Of a stretch of 64,000 nt of DNA, positions 15,001 through 30,000 are shown one piece after another. The position numbers and the translations under genes were made by a program. Source of the DNA: Acidaminococcaceae bacterium (GTDB lineage Bacteria; Bacillota; Negativicutes; Acidaminococcales; Acidaminococcaceae). A model generated the notes under the pieces. That model searched no databases. It was not told where the DNA came from and saw only the letters and a program-made list of their open reading frames with translations. The stretch lies in NCBI GenBank assembly GCA_045598345.1, contig JAZLLX010000093.1, positions 54,166 through 118,165 of the forward strand, read 5' to 3'. The stretch's first letter is position 1. Every line of letters begins with the position of its first letter.

Positions 15001-18000
15001 GCAATATCTGCATTCAATTCAACATTACCGGTACCGGTAACCTGTTTTGTGAAATTGCCGCCTTCAGTGATTTTCAGTTTGCCACGGTTTTCGGATTCGG
15101 TTTCCAGAACCACATTGCTGCCCAGGTTGGCAACACCAATTTCCAAAGTTGAGCCCGCATTAATTTCAATACCGCCTGTCTGAGTAATGCTTGCTTTGGC
15201 AAATACAGTATCAGTTCCTGTTCTGCCAATTTCCGTCTTGCCTGTGCCTTTTACTTCATAATCCAAATCACCGGCGCCTAAGGTTAAAATGCCGGCATTA
15301 GTAACTTCACCGCCCACATTATCCGCATCAATAATAAGGCCTGCACTTGCATTTACATTCATATTTTGAGAGATTTTTTCCTTGGCGGTGGTTGTCCCTG
15401 CACTTACCAGGACGGAACCTATGCCGGTTACTTTAGCGTCCAATGTACCGTCTTGGGTAAATTCCAGACCATTAGTAACACTGTTATAGATTTGCTTATC
15501 TATAATTATTAAGTTGTCCGCATCCGCAACTAATTTGCCTTTAACAATTTCCAAACTGTTCTGGGAAATTGTCTTGGCTGCCGTAACACGGACAGTATTG
15601 CCGTCAATAACCAGAGTGCCGTGCTCGCCGTCTTCGGAAGAACCGTTAATGTTATTTTGTAATGTTATATCTTCAGTACCTTCAAAAGTTAAAGTACCAA
15701 AGTTCATAATATCGTTGATTTCAGTTATGTGCAATCTCTCCAGAGCAATCTTCAGGGACGCCCCCTGGTTAATCTGCAATTTGTCTTGCGTAATTCCAGT
15801 AGTTTCGGTTGCACTTATGTCATTTACATCTACATTCCCTTGAATAATGGTTGTACCTTTACCGGTTGCAGCACCATTTGTAATATTCTTGGACAAGGTG
15901 CCGTCATAGAGATTCAAAGTTCCTGTATTGGTTACCGCACCGCCCACATTGGTGGCAAGAATATTAACAGTACCCGCATTGTCAATTGTGTTGTTAATTG
16001 CTTTGTTTGTCACAGTGGCAGTCAAAGTGCCTGCTGCAAGAACATTATCCGCATCAATTACTTCTTCACCTTTGACTACAACTCTGTTGGTAATGGTTTC
16101 CAAAGCATTGATTTGTGCCGCATTATCAATATACAATGTACCTTCTGCTGTATTAACCTGATATTTCAAATCACCGGCACCGGTAAGGGTCAGATTGCCC
16201 TTGTTTTCAATTTGGGTGGCAGTCAAACTGATGGTGTTGACACCAGTAGTAACATTTGCACCATTGTCAACAATCATTCTTTCCTGTTTAATCTGCTTGT
16301 CGCTTGTGTTGGTAAAGTGGCCGGAAACAAATTCCAAATCGCCTGTCCTGACTTCTTTACTGTCAACAATATTATTGGCCAGATTAGCGGCGCTGTCCTC
16401 TGAACCGCCTCTCAATTGCAAAGTGCCTGCATTGGAAATATCTGCAGCACTGATTATCAAATTATCCAGTAAAGCATTGAGTTTGGCAGTTTCACCGGTA
16501 ATGCTCAAATTCTTTTGGGTAATCTTGACAGTGTCCGCTACATTTACGGTACCGCTGATTCTTACGCTGCCTGCGGAAGCGGTTGCACCGGAACCGTCAG
16601 AAATATTATGTACAAGATTCGTATCGGAACCGCTGGATAATTCTACTGTGCCGGTGTTAGTAACATCAGCATTTATGTTACCTACCAAGGCCTTTAAGGT
16701 ACCAGCGTTAGTAATGCTTGTCCCAACAGATACCCCATCGGAAGCAACTGCCAGTTTGCCGCCTTCGGCGTTGGCAACAAGGGTTGCACCTTCGTTGACA
16801 ATGACATTATTCCCAATGGCACGCAAAGCGTTTACGGTGCCTGTGCCGGTTACAACAAAGTTACCGGTACCGGTAATACCGTTTTGCAAGTCGCCTGTTT
16901 CACCGGCAACAGCATTCATGGTAATGGTGCCCTGGTTGGAGATAGTATCGGATGCAACATTACCAATGACCAGTTTGCCTGCATAAATATTCAAATTGGC
17001 ACCGGTTTCAAGGGTAAGCGCTTTTTGTTCCAAAGAATTACTGCTGAGATTGTTGTCCCGTTTCATATTCAGTGTTGCATTTTGTTTAATGGTCAAGGAA
17101 CCGCTTGACCTGCCCGCATCGGATGTAATGTTATTTTGCATCGTAACAGTATTGGCAACAGTCAAACTGCCCGTACTGTTGATACTGTCCTTAATGGTTG
17201 TCGCTTTGGTTGTGTCTGTGGAACCGACAATGTTTACAGTACCTGCGTTAATAATGAAGTTACCGTCAAATCCTTCAATAGTAGCCAGTCCCTTTAACGT
17301 GAGTTCGTCACCGGAACGGAGAACTGCACCTTGATAACTGTTACCAAAGATATTGGCTTTATTCTGGCCGTCAATAACCATCTTACGGTAATTGGCACGC
17401 CATGTTGCTTCACTTGTTCCATCTGCTGAATCCTGTTTCAGGCCGCTGAACATTCCGAAATCATCCGTTGTAACGTAATCTTCTTCCAAAGTGTATTCGG
17501 TAACTGCGGAACCGCCGGTAACAGTATCGCCTGCCAGATAATATACGCCGGGTTTCTTTTCAACATCTTTATTTTGAATAACTTCACCAAGGGTGAATCC
17601 CTGCCCTTTGCTTACTACAACCTTGCCGCCTCTGCCTTCTTCTTTTTGCGTAAATTCATAAGCATAAGCGCCACGATATACTGTTGTGCCTTCAATAGTA
17701 ATGGCATCATCACCAGTAATCTCAACCAAGGTTATTTCACGGCTGCCGGAACCGCCGGACCAACCGCTGATAAAGTTGATTCCTTCCAAGGAAAGTGTTG
17801 TTCCTGCGGCAACACCTGCTTTGGCAACAATTGTATCAGTAGTAACATCAATAACGGTTGTTGAGCCGGAGCCGGAAGAACCGCTGAAGGCAATATCAAA
17901 TTTCAAAAGTGCCTTGCCGCTTAAGGTATTTTCTAAAGTAAGTGTATTGTTGGGAGCGGCAGTTCCGCTGCTGACTGTACTCATATCCAGTACTGCGGTA

Positions 18001-21000
18001 TTGCCGGTGCCTAATTCCAATTTTTGGATTGTGAGATTATTGTTGTTAAGTTTGAAGGTGGCTCCGTCTTTGACACGGAAGTTCTGGGTGTTGACTACAC
18101 TTGTGGGAGCAATCTGCAAGGAGCCGCCGGCAATTTCCAGCCATCCAACTTCATGCTCATTTAAGTCGGAAGCAACCTGCTGGTTCAACTCTTCGTTGTC
18201 TTTGGTGAAGATTATGGTGCCACGGTTATTAACATTGTTGCCGAGAACTGTTTCGCTTTGCTTGCTGATATTTGCCGCAGTAACAGTTACTCTTGCACCC
18301 TCTTCCACATTCATGAAGCCCTCGCCATTTAATTTTTCTTCCAAAATGCCTTCGCCTTTGAAATAGATATTACCGTTGTTGGTAATGGTTGCACTGCCAT
18401 TACTGATGTCCAAATCATTGGCATTGACTGTGAGTTTCGCCCCGCTGTCAATAGTGAGGGTGCTTTGGTGAATTTGTTTCTTCTGTTCACCATCAGTGGT
18501 ATTTACCACATTACCTTGGACAATAACAGTACCTGCCTCATCTCCATCCTTACCGATGGAAGAGCCAAGTGTGCCGTCTTTCAGTTGAATGGTGCCGTCA
18601 TTGATAATGGCATTAGTAATCTGAATATCGTCCGCACGGACGGTCATGGTCTTATTTTCTGCCACGGACAAATCCTGTTGGGTAATGGTCTTGCCTTCAT
18701 TAACAACAAGGTTGCCAGTGACTTTAACTTTGCCTGAACCGGCAGTATAAGTAGTAGCATCATCATCACCAACTGTCTTGGTTTCAGAAATGGTATCATT
18801 CAATGTGCCGCCATTCAAAATCAATGTGTTGGTGGCATTGTAAATGCCCAGGGTGGAAGCCAGGTCAGAAGCATTGGCGGCAACAGTTGCATTTGCCGGA
18901 CTGTCGCTGATAATAATCTTGCCGCCGGTAATCTTACTGCCATCTGCCAATACTCTGCCGTCAGTGGTTGTACCGCCAACCAATTCAACAACACCGTTAG
19001 CATTGTCATTAATCAGTCCGCCCACATTATCCGCATTGATAATCAGTTTGTCTTTTGCGGATTTGATGATGATATCTTGTTGAATCAGTTTGTCGTCTGT
19101 GGTTGCAGTAATAATAGTACTGCCGGTTGTTACGGAGTCATCACCAATCTGCACAGTGCCGCCACCGCTTACGGAAGCAGTAAAGATGCCGCTCTTAACT
19201 TCAACACCTCTTACTGTTGTTATGGTGGTAGTGCTGTCACCGGTCAGGCGGAGACCGGCAGATGCATTATTGACAATATCCGATGCATCTGTAGTAGGAT
19301 TATTGATATCCAATGCCCCTGCATTGGTCAACAAGTATTTGCCGCTGTTGATGGTCAGTTTCTTTTGGGTAATAGTTTCACCATTTGTACCGTTAGTGTT
19401 TTCCACATTACCGTTAATAATTACCGCTCCATCAGTACCTGTTATGGATGATTTCAATACGCCGTCATTAAGGGTGATTTCGCCTGCGTTCTCAATAATC
19501 TTGGTGATAACAATGTCATCGGCATAAACATTCAGTTTTTTGCTAGCATTAACATTCATAGTGTCAACGGTAATGGTCTTTTCTTTGGTAACAGTCACAT
19601 CACCATTAATGGTAACATTGTTACCTGTACCTGCTGTTATTGTTCCGGCATTATTGTTGCTGCCGCTGATAAAGTCAGTTACAGTGCCGCCGTTCAAAAT
19701 AAGTGTTTGATTATCGTTTATATCAATACCTTTAGCAGATTGCAAATCATTGGCATTGGCTGTAATTGCATAGTTACCCGTTACATTGCCGCCAATAATA
19801 ATCTTGCCACCGGTAATGGTTTCACCAGTATCTAATGTATCATTGTTTGCACCATCAGAACGAAGTTCAACTATGCCTGCATTGGCAATAGTATTGCCAA
19901 TATTGTCAACATCAATGATTAATCTGTCAGTTGCTTCTTTAATTGTAATTGCCTGGGTTATTACTTTGCCTGCAGTGGTAGCAGTAACGGTGGACGCATT
20001 GCCGCTGCCATCGCCAATCTGAACCTTGCCTGCAGTGCCGCCAGTGATGCCTACGGTAAGAGTTCCTGCAGTTAAACCATCAGCAGATAAATCAACACCA
20101 GTTTTGCCGGTCAGGATGATATTACCTGTATTAGTGATTTGAGTATCGGTCAAACTGATAGTGCCTGCATCGGTGGTAAAGGTTGCACCAGCACCAACAG
20201 TTAAGGATTTTTGACTAATTGTCAAGTTTTCCGTATTAGTAATTGCCTGGTCAGCCAAAACTTGGAAATGACCCGTCCTGTCAGTTGACGAATCAAATAC
20301 TTTGGACTTAAGATTACCGCGTTTTAACTCCAAAGTACCCCTGTTGTCAATACCATCAGCAATTACCAAGTCCTCAACAAAGGCATTGACCCTACTGCCT
20401 GCTTCTACGGACATATCTTTTTGGGTAATGGTCTTGCTTTCGGTTACAGTAATACGACTGTTACCAACTACCTTTACTGTACCATTAGCACCGGTAACTT
20501 TTCCTTCTGTATCCAAACCGCCGGAAATAGTATCAGTTAAGGTATCTCCATCCGTATCATAAGATTTCAATGTTAAAATGTTATTGGCATTAGTAATACC
20601 TTCTGTGGAATGCAAGTCGTCGGCATAAGCAGTTACATTGCCTGCCACTTCAATCTTGCCGCCGGTAATGGTCATGCCGAGGGTCAAATCATCACCATTA
20701 TTGCTGTCAGCACGGAATTCCACTGTGCCTGCATTGGCGATAGTGTTATTGATATTATCAATGTCAATAATCAATCTGTCATAACTGTTCTTGACAGTGA
20801 TTGCCTGGTCAATCAGTTTGCCTGCAGTGGTGGCAGTAACGGTGGACGCATCGCCGCTGCTATCACCAATCTGTACTGTGCCTGCAGTGCCACCAGTAAC
20901 ATAAGTAATGCCAACAGTAAGAGTTCCTGCATCAAAACCAGTTCCAGTGAGAGTAACATCCTCTTTGCCGGTCAGGATAATATTGCCTGCATTTGTGATT

Positions 21001-24000
21001 TGGTTATCGGTCAAACTGATAGTACCCGCATCGGTGGTAAAGGTTGCGCCATCTCCGACTGTTAAGGATTGTTGTTGGATTGTCTTATTGGAAGTGTTAG
21101 TAATGGTTTGACCGGCAAGAATGTTTGTGACACCGGCTGTATTATAAATCTTGGATTGAATGTCACCGCCCTTTAATTCCAAAGTGCCGGCATTGTCAAT
21201 GCCTTCAGCAATAACCAGATCGCCTACAGCCGCATTTACGGTACTGCCTGTTTCAACAGACATATTCTCCTGGGTAATGGTCTTGCCCGCATCAACTGTA
21301 ATTTTGCTGGTGCCAACTACTTTAACTGTACCATTAGCACCGGTAATGGTGTCAATTAAGGTATCTCCATCTGTACCTTCAGATTTCAATGTTAAGGTTT
21401 TATTGGTATTAGTAATGCCTTCCGTGGAATGCAAGTCGTCGGCATAAGCAGTTACATCGCCGGCCACTTCAATCTTGCCGCCGGTAATGGTATTGCCATT
21501 AGCCATGACAGTTTCTGCACCGTCACCACGTTTTCTCAATTCAACGGTGGCTCCTGTATTGGTAACATCACCTTCAATATTATCTGCATTGATTATAAGT
21601 TTGTTGCCGGACTTAATCAGGATGTCCTGACTAATCTTTGCGTTATCCGTAATGGCTGTAATAACCGCAAGGTCAGTACCGTTACCGATTTGAACAGTAC
21701 CAATTACAGGATTTTCACCATCCGTACCGCTGATAACCCTTCCGGTAAAGGTGCCTGTACCGTCTTCAATACCGGTAAGTACCAGTCCGTTAACAGTTTT
21801 ATTAACAATAGCATTGGCAATATGCAATGTATTGGCATTGGTGGTCAAATGTGCATCTGTGTCTATGAGCAAATCGGTTTGAGTGATGTTCTTATTTCCG
21901 GTGTTGGTAACATCAAACCCGCTCATAACTGTTGTATCACCGCTGCCTTTGATTTCAGAAATCAGGTTGCCGCCGTTTAACTGCAAGTGTCCTGTATTAT
22001 CAACTGCTTCACTAAGTTTAAGGTCTTTAGCATAAACATTAACGGTCTTGTCAGCCGCAATGGTCATAAGTTTTTGCTCAATTGATTTATTTTGAGTAAC
22101 AATCAAATTGCCGATAACCGCTACGGTACCATTAATGCCGGAGATTGCATCAATTAAAGTGTCTGTCCCGTCAGTGCCTGCTGTTAAGGTCAATGTACTA
22201 TCTTCATTGATAATGCCTTCTGTGGAATGTAAGTCGTCGGCATCTGCAGTTATGTCGCCGCTGATAATGATAGTACCGCCGGTAATGGTGTTGCCGGACG
22301 CTAATGTAGTTGTTCCATTGTCTTGACGTTGCAACAATTCTACAATACCGGCATTGGCGGTATCACCATTCAAATTATCGGCATTCACCATGAATCTGCT
22401 GTTTTCAGTAACTTTTACTAATTGGGCAATAGTAACGCCGTCCACCCTGTTGCGGACAATTGTTGCATCCGTGCCGTTACCGATTTGGATGGAACCGTTG
22501 CCTATAACTGTGGATGTAAATTCACCTGTAGTTTTTGTATCACTAATAGTACCTGTCAAAATCAAACCATCGGTTGTGCTGTTGCTAATTGCATTAGTAA
22601 TATGCAAATTAGCCGCATCAGTGGTCAAATAAGCATTTTCCTCAATAGTCAAGTCCTTTTGAACAATGTTTTTATGACCGGTATTGGTTACTGCAAATCC
22701 GCTCAAAACTGTGGTTGTACCAGTATTATTTTGAATTTCAGAAACCAGATTTCCGCCTTCTAAATTCAACTGTCCGGCATTATCAATACCATTAGTCAAT
22801 ACCAAATCTTTAGCATAGGCAGTAACTGTACTGCCTGCCGCAATGGACATGGCTTTTTGGGTAATGGTCTTGTCTTCTGTGACGGTAATGGTGCTGTTGC
22901 CAATCACTGCCACCTTGCCATTAGCACCGGTAATGGTATCGTTCAATACATCCCCATTATCACCATTGGACTTCAATGTTAAGGTATAATCTTCAGCATT
23001 GGTAATACCTTTATTGGAAGCCAAATCGTCAGCATAAGCAGTTATGTTGCCGCTGATAATGATGTCACCGCCGGAAATGGTCTTACCAAGTCCCAAGTCA
23101 GTAGATGAACTGCCGTTTTGCAACAATTCTACAGTACCATAGTTAGTTGTTACACCGCCTAAGTTGTCGGCATTCACCATAAATTTGCTGCCCTCGGTAA
23201 CGCTTACCAACTGGGTAAGTGTTTTGCCGCTCTCTTTGGCACGGACAATGGAATGATTGTCTGCAGTACCGATTTGGATGGAACCGGGAGTGCCTGATTC
23301 GTTTTCAACTGTAGCTGTAAATTCACCTGTATCTGTTGTAGTATCAATAGTACCTGTTAATACCAAACCGTTTTCAGCATTATTACTAAGTTTGCTGGAA
23401 ATGATTAAAGTATTGGCATTGGTAATAAGTTGGGCGCCGGCATTGATAGTTAAATTGGTCTGTTCAATGTTTTTGTCGCCTGTATTAGTAATTGTCTGAT
23501 TAGCATTAATTTCTGTATTGCCACCGCCATGAACGCCGGATACCAAGTTGCCGGAATTCAGTTTTAAGATACCTTCATTGGCAATGCCATCAGTAATAAC
23601 CACATCAGCAGCATATACATTGACAGAAACACCGTCTGCAATACTCATCTTATTTTGGATAATGGTGGAACCCAGATTAACTGTCATATCACCAATTACT
23701 TCCACTGTGCCATTGGTTGCTTTGTCACCTGTAACAGCAGCGGTTATAGTATCGGTCAAATTACCTGCTTTCAAGATTAAGGTGCTGCCGTCAGTGTTAG
23801 TAATGCCGCCTGTGGATTTCAAATCATCCACATCCGCAGTTACTTTACCACCACTGACAACAATCCTGCCGCCGGTGATGGTACTGTCTTCAGCAAGAAT
23901 CCTGCCATCACCATCTTTACCAACCAATTCTACAGTTCCGCCATTGGTATTGGTGATGGTGCTGCCCACATTGTCCGCATTAATCTTCAGATAGTCCTCA

Positions 24001-27000
24001 GCACCGCCACCCATAGTAATCCTTTGAGTAATCTTGTTACCGTTCTCGGTTGCCTGAATCTTGGCAACAATGTTATTACTGTCCGCATCTTTAGTGCCGC
24101 CAATTTGGATGCCGCCTTCACCGGTTACGGCAGCAGTAAAGATACCGTCATTGGTAATTGAAGAAGCGGTGTCTTCAAAATTACCTGTCAAAATCAAAGT
24201 GCCGTCATTGGTAACACCATCGGAAATATTCAATACACCGGCATTGGTGCTGAATATTGAACCGGTTGTAATTTGTAACGCATTTTGTGTAATAACTTTG
24301 TCCCCGCCATTGGAAACATCGCCGGTAATAATGGTCTTCGCCAAGCCAATATTATCAGTAATTGTATCCTTATTAATACCGGTGGTAATAGTTCCTGTAG
24401 TCAAATGCAAAGTACCGTTATTGAGTATATTGCTGTCAATATCCACATTGTTGGCACCGATGGTCAGAGCAGCACCTTTATTGACCGTCAAATTCTTCTG
24501 AACAATCTTATTGGTGGTGCCGGCATCAACAGTACCTGCAATGATTACGGAGCTGGTAGTACCTTGGCTCAAATCTCCTGTATCACCAATAGCGCCGCTG
24601 ATACTTGCGGACAAGTTGCCGCTACCGGTCAGAGTGAGGGTGTTTGCCGCATTGATAATGCCTTGATTAATGGCAGTTCCTGCAGTGGCGGCAAAGTTAG
24701 ACACATCGCCACTGATATTACCGGCAACAATAATTCTGCCACCCGCTATCTTATTGGTTAATACAGTATTATCTTTGCGTAATTCTACAGTACCTGTATT
24801 GGTAACTGTGCCGCCGATGTTGTCGGTGTTAATGATTAATTTGTCGTTAGCAGTAGTAATCAGGATATCTTGCCCAATGGTTCTGCCTTCACCAACAGCG
24901 GTGATGGTAGCGGCTGTAGTACCATCGCCAATCTTTACAGACCCTTTAGTAACTTCATCGGTTGTGGAATCTGTATAATTAATTACTTTACCTGTAAATA
25001 CACCATCATCGCCTGTACCTGTCAATACCAAACCGTCTTTATTCATATTGACAATGTCTGTGCTGATGTCTAATGCCTTTGCCAATGTGGTCAAGGAGGA
25101 GTTGGTATTGATTGTCAAGTAACCTTGTTGAATGTTCTTATTTTGATTGATGATTGCACCAGTTATAGTGGTGGTGCCGGTGCCGGTAATATTAGTACCT
25201 AAAATACCGCTTACGCCTTGGGTCAAACTCAAAGTGCCATCATTATCGGTGGAACCTGTGTTGGTAATAATCTTGTCCGCACCAATCTTCAAAGAACCGC
25301 CGCCTTGAATGGTAACTGTATCTTGGGTAATGGATTTGTCCGCCGCATTGGCATCACCGGTAATTACTAATGTACCTGCATCGCCGTAAATGCTTGCACC
25401 CAAAGTGCCGTTTCCAGTCAAAGTTAAGGTATTTGCATGTTCATTGTAAATGCCGGAGGATGCTTGTAAATTGGCAGCAGTGGCGCTGATATTGCCTTCC
25501 ACATTGATTCTGCCGCCGGAAATAAGGCCGCCTAAAGTTGTAGTTGTGGCAGTGCTGTTCTCACGGAGTTCTACAATGCCTGCGTTTTGCACTCCGCCAG
25601 TACCGACATTATCGGCATTGATAACCAAAGTGTCGCCCGTGCCGCTTAAAATAATCTGCTGATTAATCTTAGCATTATCTTTAATTGCGGCAATGGAACT
25701 GCCTTCCGCAATCTTGATGGAGCCGCCGCCGGTTACACTTTCATCAAAGTAACCGGTGCTTGTATCAAGAATGTTGCCATCAGTATCTTTTGTAATTTCA
25801 CCGCTTAATACCAAGCCCTGAGCGGCATTGTTGGTAATGCCACTTTCAATATTTAGGAGATTTGCCTGGGTGGTTAAGGATGAACCTGATTGAATTTCTA
25901 ATTCATCTTGAGTAATGTTCTTCTTATCGTTATTTGTTACACCGCCTTCAATTACGGTTGTACCTTCGCCGGTAATAACCGTACCCAAATTGCCTGCAGT
26001 CAAGGTCAGAGTACCTGCGTTGGCGGTGGAGCCGTCATTGGTAATAATCTTGTCCGCACCAATACGTAATTTGCCCGTATCTTGGATTTCTACTGTTTTC
26101 TGGGTAATGGTCTTGCCGTCAGCATCAGTAGCGCCGGTAACCACCAATTTGCCCGCACCGCTGATATCACCGAGCAATGTGCTGGTGCCGCTGCCGGCGG
26201 ACAGGGTTAAGGTATAAGTATTATTTTGAATACCGTTCAGGGATGCCAACTGGGATGCGGCGGCGGTAACATTGCCGTCGATGATAATGGTGCCGCCGTT
26301 AATAACACCTTTCGTACCCATTGTTGAAGTTGTAGCAGTTGTATCTAAACTGTTGCCACGGAGTACTACAGTACCGGCATTGGTTACCGCACTGTTCAAA
26401 GCATCTGCACGGATAATCAATTTGTCATTAGCCGTGGTGAGAGTAATGTCTTGGGAAACAACTTGACCCGTAGCCAGCATAGCAATGGTATTTTCAGAAA
26501 CACCGTCACCAATCTTAATGCTGCCAATTACCGCATTTCCTTCAGTGTCTGTACCATTGCTAACGGAAGCAATGAAATTGCCTGTACCGGTCAAAGTTTC
26601 TGCATTTTCATTATCTATAGTACCGGTCAGTACCAAACCGTTCTTTTGGGCATTGGTAATATTAGCAATATCCAATCGGTCTGCATCGGTTATTAAGGAT
26701 GAACCAGATCCGATGGTCATAGCAGATTGGGCAATCAATTTTTTGCCTGTATTGGTAACAGCACCTTCAATAATTGTTGTGCCGTCACCAGAAATTTCTG
26801 TTCCCAAATTACCTTCGGTAATAGTCAATTCGCCCGCATTGGAGGTGGAACCTGTGTTGGTAATAATCTTTTCCGCACCGATACGCAGTTTGCCGGTGCT
26901 TTCAATGGTGACAGTATTTTGTTCAATGGACTTGTCGGCGGCATTCGCATTTCCTTTGATAATCAATGTGCCGCCATTGCCGCTAATATTATCACCTAAA

Positions 27001-30000
27001 GTGCCATTTCCACTTAAGGTTAAAGTATTACTTGTATTGATGATTCCATTGGTGGATTGCAGTTGGTCTGCGGTTGCAGTAATATTGCCTTCAATATAAA
27101 TCTTGCCGCCGTTGATCATACCGCCTAAGGTGGTTTCGGTTGTACCGTCTTGTTGCAATCTTACAATATTATTGTTGGTTACAGTAGCACCGATATTGTC
27201 CGCATTGACAATGAACTCGGAATTATTGGTTACAGTCATAGCGGCAGCAATAACTTGATTACTTGTAGTTGCGGAAACAACAGATGCAGTGCCGTCACCA
27301 ATCTGCACTTTGCCTGAACCATCCACTTTAGCGGTGAAGTTGCCCGAAGTAGAACCACTTGCATTAGTACCGGTCAAAATTAATGTACCGGTTGCAGTAA
27401 TCCCATCAGCAATGGTCAATAAATTGGCATTGGTGGTCAAACTTGCGCCGGAATTGACGGTCATTGCCTTTTGGGCAATGGTCTTATCCGTATTGGTTAC
27501 AGTACCGCTGATTGTAGTTGTGCCTGTGCCGCCAATATTTTCAGACAGAGCGCCGCTGGTCAAATTCAAAGTGCCGGCGTTGGCAATGGCATCAGCAGTA
27601 ATATTCACATTGCCTGCACCAATAGTCAAATTGCCTGTGGTTTCTGCTATTGTCAAACTGTTTTCAGTAATAACCTTATCTTTGGCATCAACAGTGCCGC
27701 TGACTTCAACTTTACCTGCATTGTCTTCTGCAGTACCGATATTGACTTTAATTTCGCCACCGTTCAAAGTGAGGGTCTTGTCAGCAATAATACTGATTGC
27801 GTTATCAGCAGCCAAGTCAGTAGCATTGGCAGTAACATCACCGGCAATAACAATCTTGCCGCCGGTAATGGTCTTGCCTGAAGTTAAATCATCACCATTT
27901 GCACCATCAGCAGTGATTTGAACAGTACCATAGTTAGTAATGGTGGCGCCAATATCATCCGCATCAATAATCAGTTTATCGGTTGCAGTGGATACTTGCA
28001 TCTTCTGGCTGATGGATTTTTCGGCAGTAATAGTATTTCCAACAGTTGTACCATCACCAATCTTTAACATACCGTCACCAGTTACAGTGGCATTGAATGT
28101 GCCTGTGCCATCAGTTGTTGTGCCGGTCAAAATCAAGTCGCCGGTTGCAGTAATGTTATCAATGATTAAATTATTTGCATTAGTTGTGAAAGAGGAGTTG
28201 GCAAGAATATCCATACTGCTTTGAGTGATATTCTTTTTGCCGGTATTTGTTACGGCGCCTTCAATAACTGTCTTGCCTGTTGCGGCAGTACCTTGTGTAA
28301 TTACGGTATCAAGATTGCCTGCAGTAATTGTCAAAGTGCCATCGTTGATTGTGGAACCGTCAGCGGTGGTAATCTTTTCCGCACCGATCCGCAAAGAACC
28401 GCCATTTTCAATAGTGATGGTCTTTTGGGCAATGGAATATTCGCCGGCATCCGCAGCACCGGTAACAACCAAAGCACCGTTTGCACCGCTGATATTGTCA
28501 CCTAAAGTGCCGTCCCCTGTTAAAGTTAAGGTATTATTGTCTGCATTGATAATACCGTTATTGGATTGTAATTGGGCGGCAGTGGCAGAAATGTTGCCGT
28601 CAATAATAATCTGCCCGCCAGTAATCTTGCCGCCTAAAGCGGTTGCGGAAGAGCCATTTTGTCTTAAGGTTACTTTACTCTTGTTATCAACAGCCGCCCC
28701 AATATTGTCCGCATTGATAATCAGTTCGGAACTCGTACCAACAGTCATTGCGGCAGCAATGGTTTTGCCACTTTCTGTTGCGGTAATCTTGGCAGCGGTT
28801 GTGTCAGTGCCAATATACACTTTGCCTGTGCCAGTTACAGCGGCAGTAAAGTTGCCGGTAGTGGCAGCATCAGTGCCGGTCAAAATCAAGTCGCCGGTTG
28901 CGGTAATCGTTCCATTGATACTTAATGTATTGGCATTAGTAGTCAAACTCTTGCCGCCATTGATGGTCAGGGCATTTTGAGTTATGATCTTACCATCCGT
29001 GTTAGTCACCTTGCCGTCAATAATGGTTGTGCCACTGGATGTTGTTGATGTCTGATTAATGTTAGTATTCAAGTTGCCGTCGGTAGTTAAGGTCAAAATA
29101 CCATCGTTCACAGTATCGGTTTGAGTAATAATGTTTTGCGTGCCAATCTTTAAGGAGGCGCCGGAATTAACTTTTACGCTGTTTTCAGTAATGGTCTTGG
29201 CTTTGGCATCTACTGTGCCGGCAATGACTACATTACCTGTATTCTCAGTTGCATTGCCAATATTGTCAAGCAATTCACCATCTTTCAAGGTCAATGTCTT
29301 GCTGTCGGCAATGGTAATGCCTGATGTGGAAGCCAAATCCGCAGCATTAGCAGTAATATTGCCGTTCACAAGAATCTTGCCGCCGGTAATGGTGCTGCCG
29401 CTTGCCAAAGTTGTACCGTCTTTTTGCAGTTCTACAGTACCGCCTTTTGTATTGGTGACATCACCTGCCAGATTATCCGCATTGATAATCAATTTGCTGT
29501 TTGCAGTGGCAATAACAATGTCCTGACTGATGGTTGCATCATCAGTAATTGCAGAAACAGTTGCCGCATTAGTTCCGTCACTAATCTGAATATTGCCTGT
29601 GCCGGCAACTTTTGCAGTAAATGCCCCTGTAGTATCTGTACCGGTAAGCACCAGACCGTTAACCGCATTGTTAGTAATTGCAGTACCAATAGTCAATAAG
29701 TAAGCATCGGTGGTCAGGGATGCGCCGGATTTAATCAGCATGGTATCTTGAGCAATGGTCTTGTCAGAGGTTACCGCACCGCTGATTTGGGTTTCGCCTG
29801 CACCATCAATAGCGGCGGACAATGTGCCTGCGGTCAATTCCAAAGTGCCGGCGTTAGCAACTGTGCCAGTGGTAAGAGTCATGCTTGCGGCACCAATCTT
29901 TAAGGATTTGCTTGCATTAACAGTCAGGTCATTGGCAGTAATGGTCTTGTTCTTATTATCTGCATCAACTGTACCATCAATTACTACAGAGCCGGTGCCT

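Larger units (their letters stand above)
1..18400 (-). repeat. Module block III: >=6 super-modules of 2.4-3.2 kb, each a junction-like domain followed by 2.1-2.7 kb of short-rung Asn/Thr/Ile/Gly-rich beta-helix-like sequence; continues past the left edge
   Basis: Motif-B positions at 252, 3432, 6153, 9360, 11781, 14478 and 17586 give spacings of 3180, 2721, 3207, 2421, 2697 and 3108 nt. The sequence between domains is rich in NxGxLxL / GTLxL-type rungs. Examples: GNFTKQVTGTGNVELNADIA at 15001-15060, and IDLSNTDSINRIKLYGEENA at 1-60. Confidence 0.65.
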
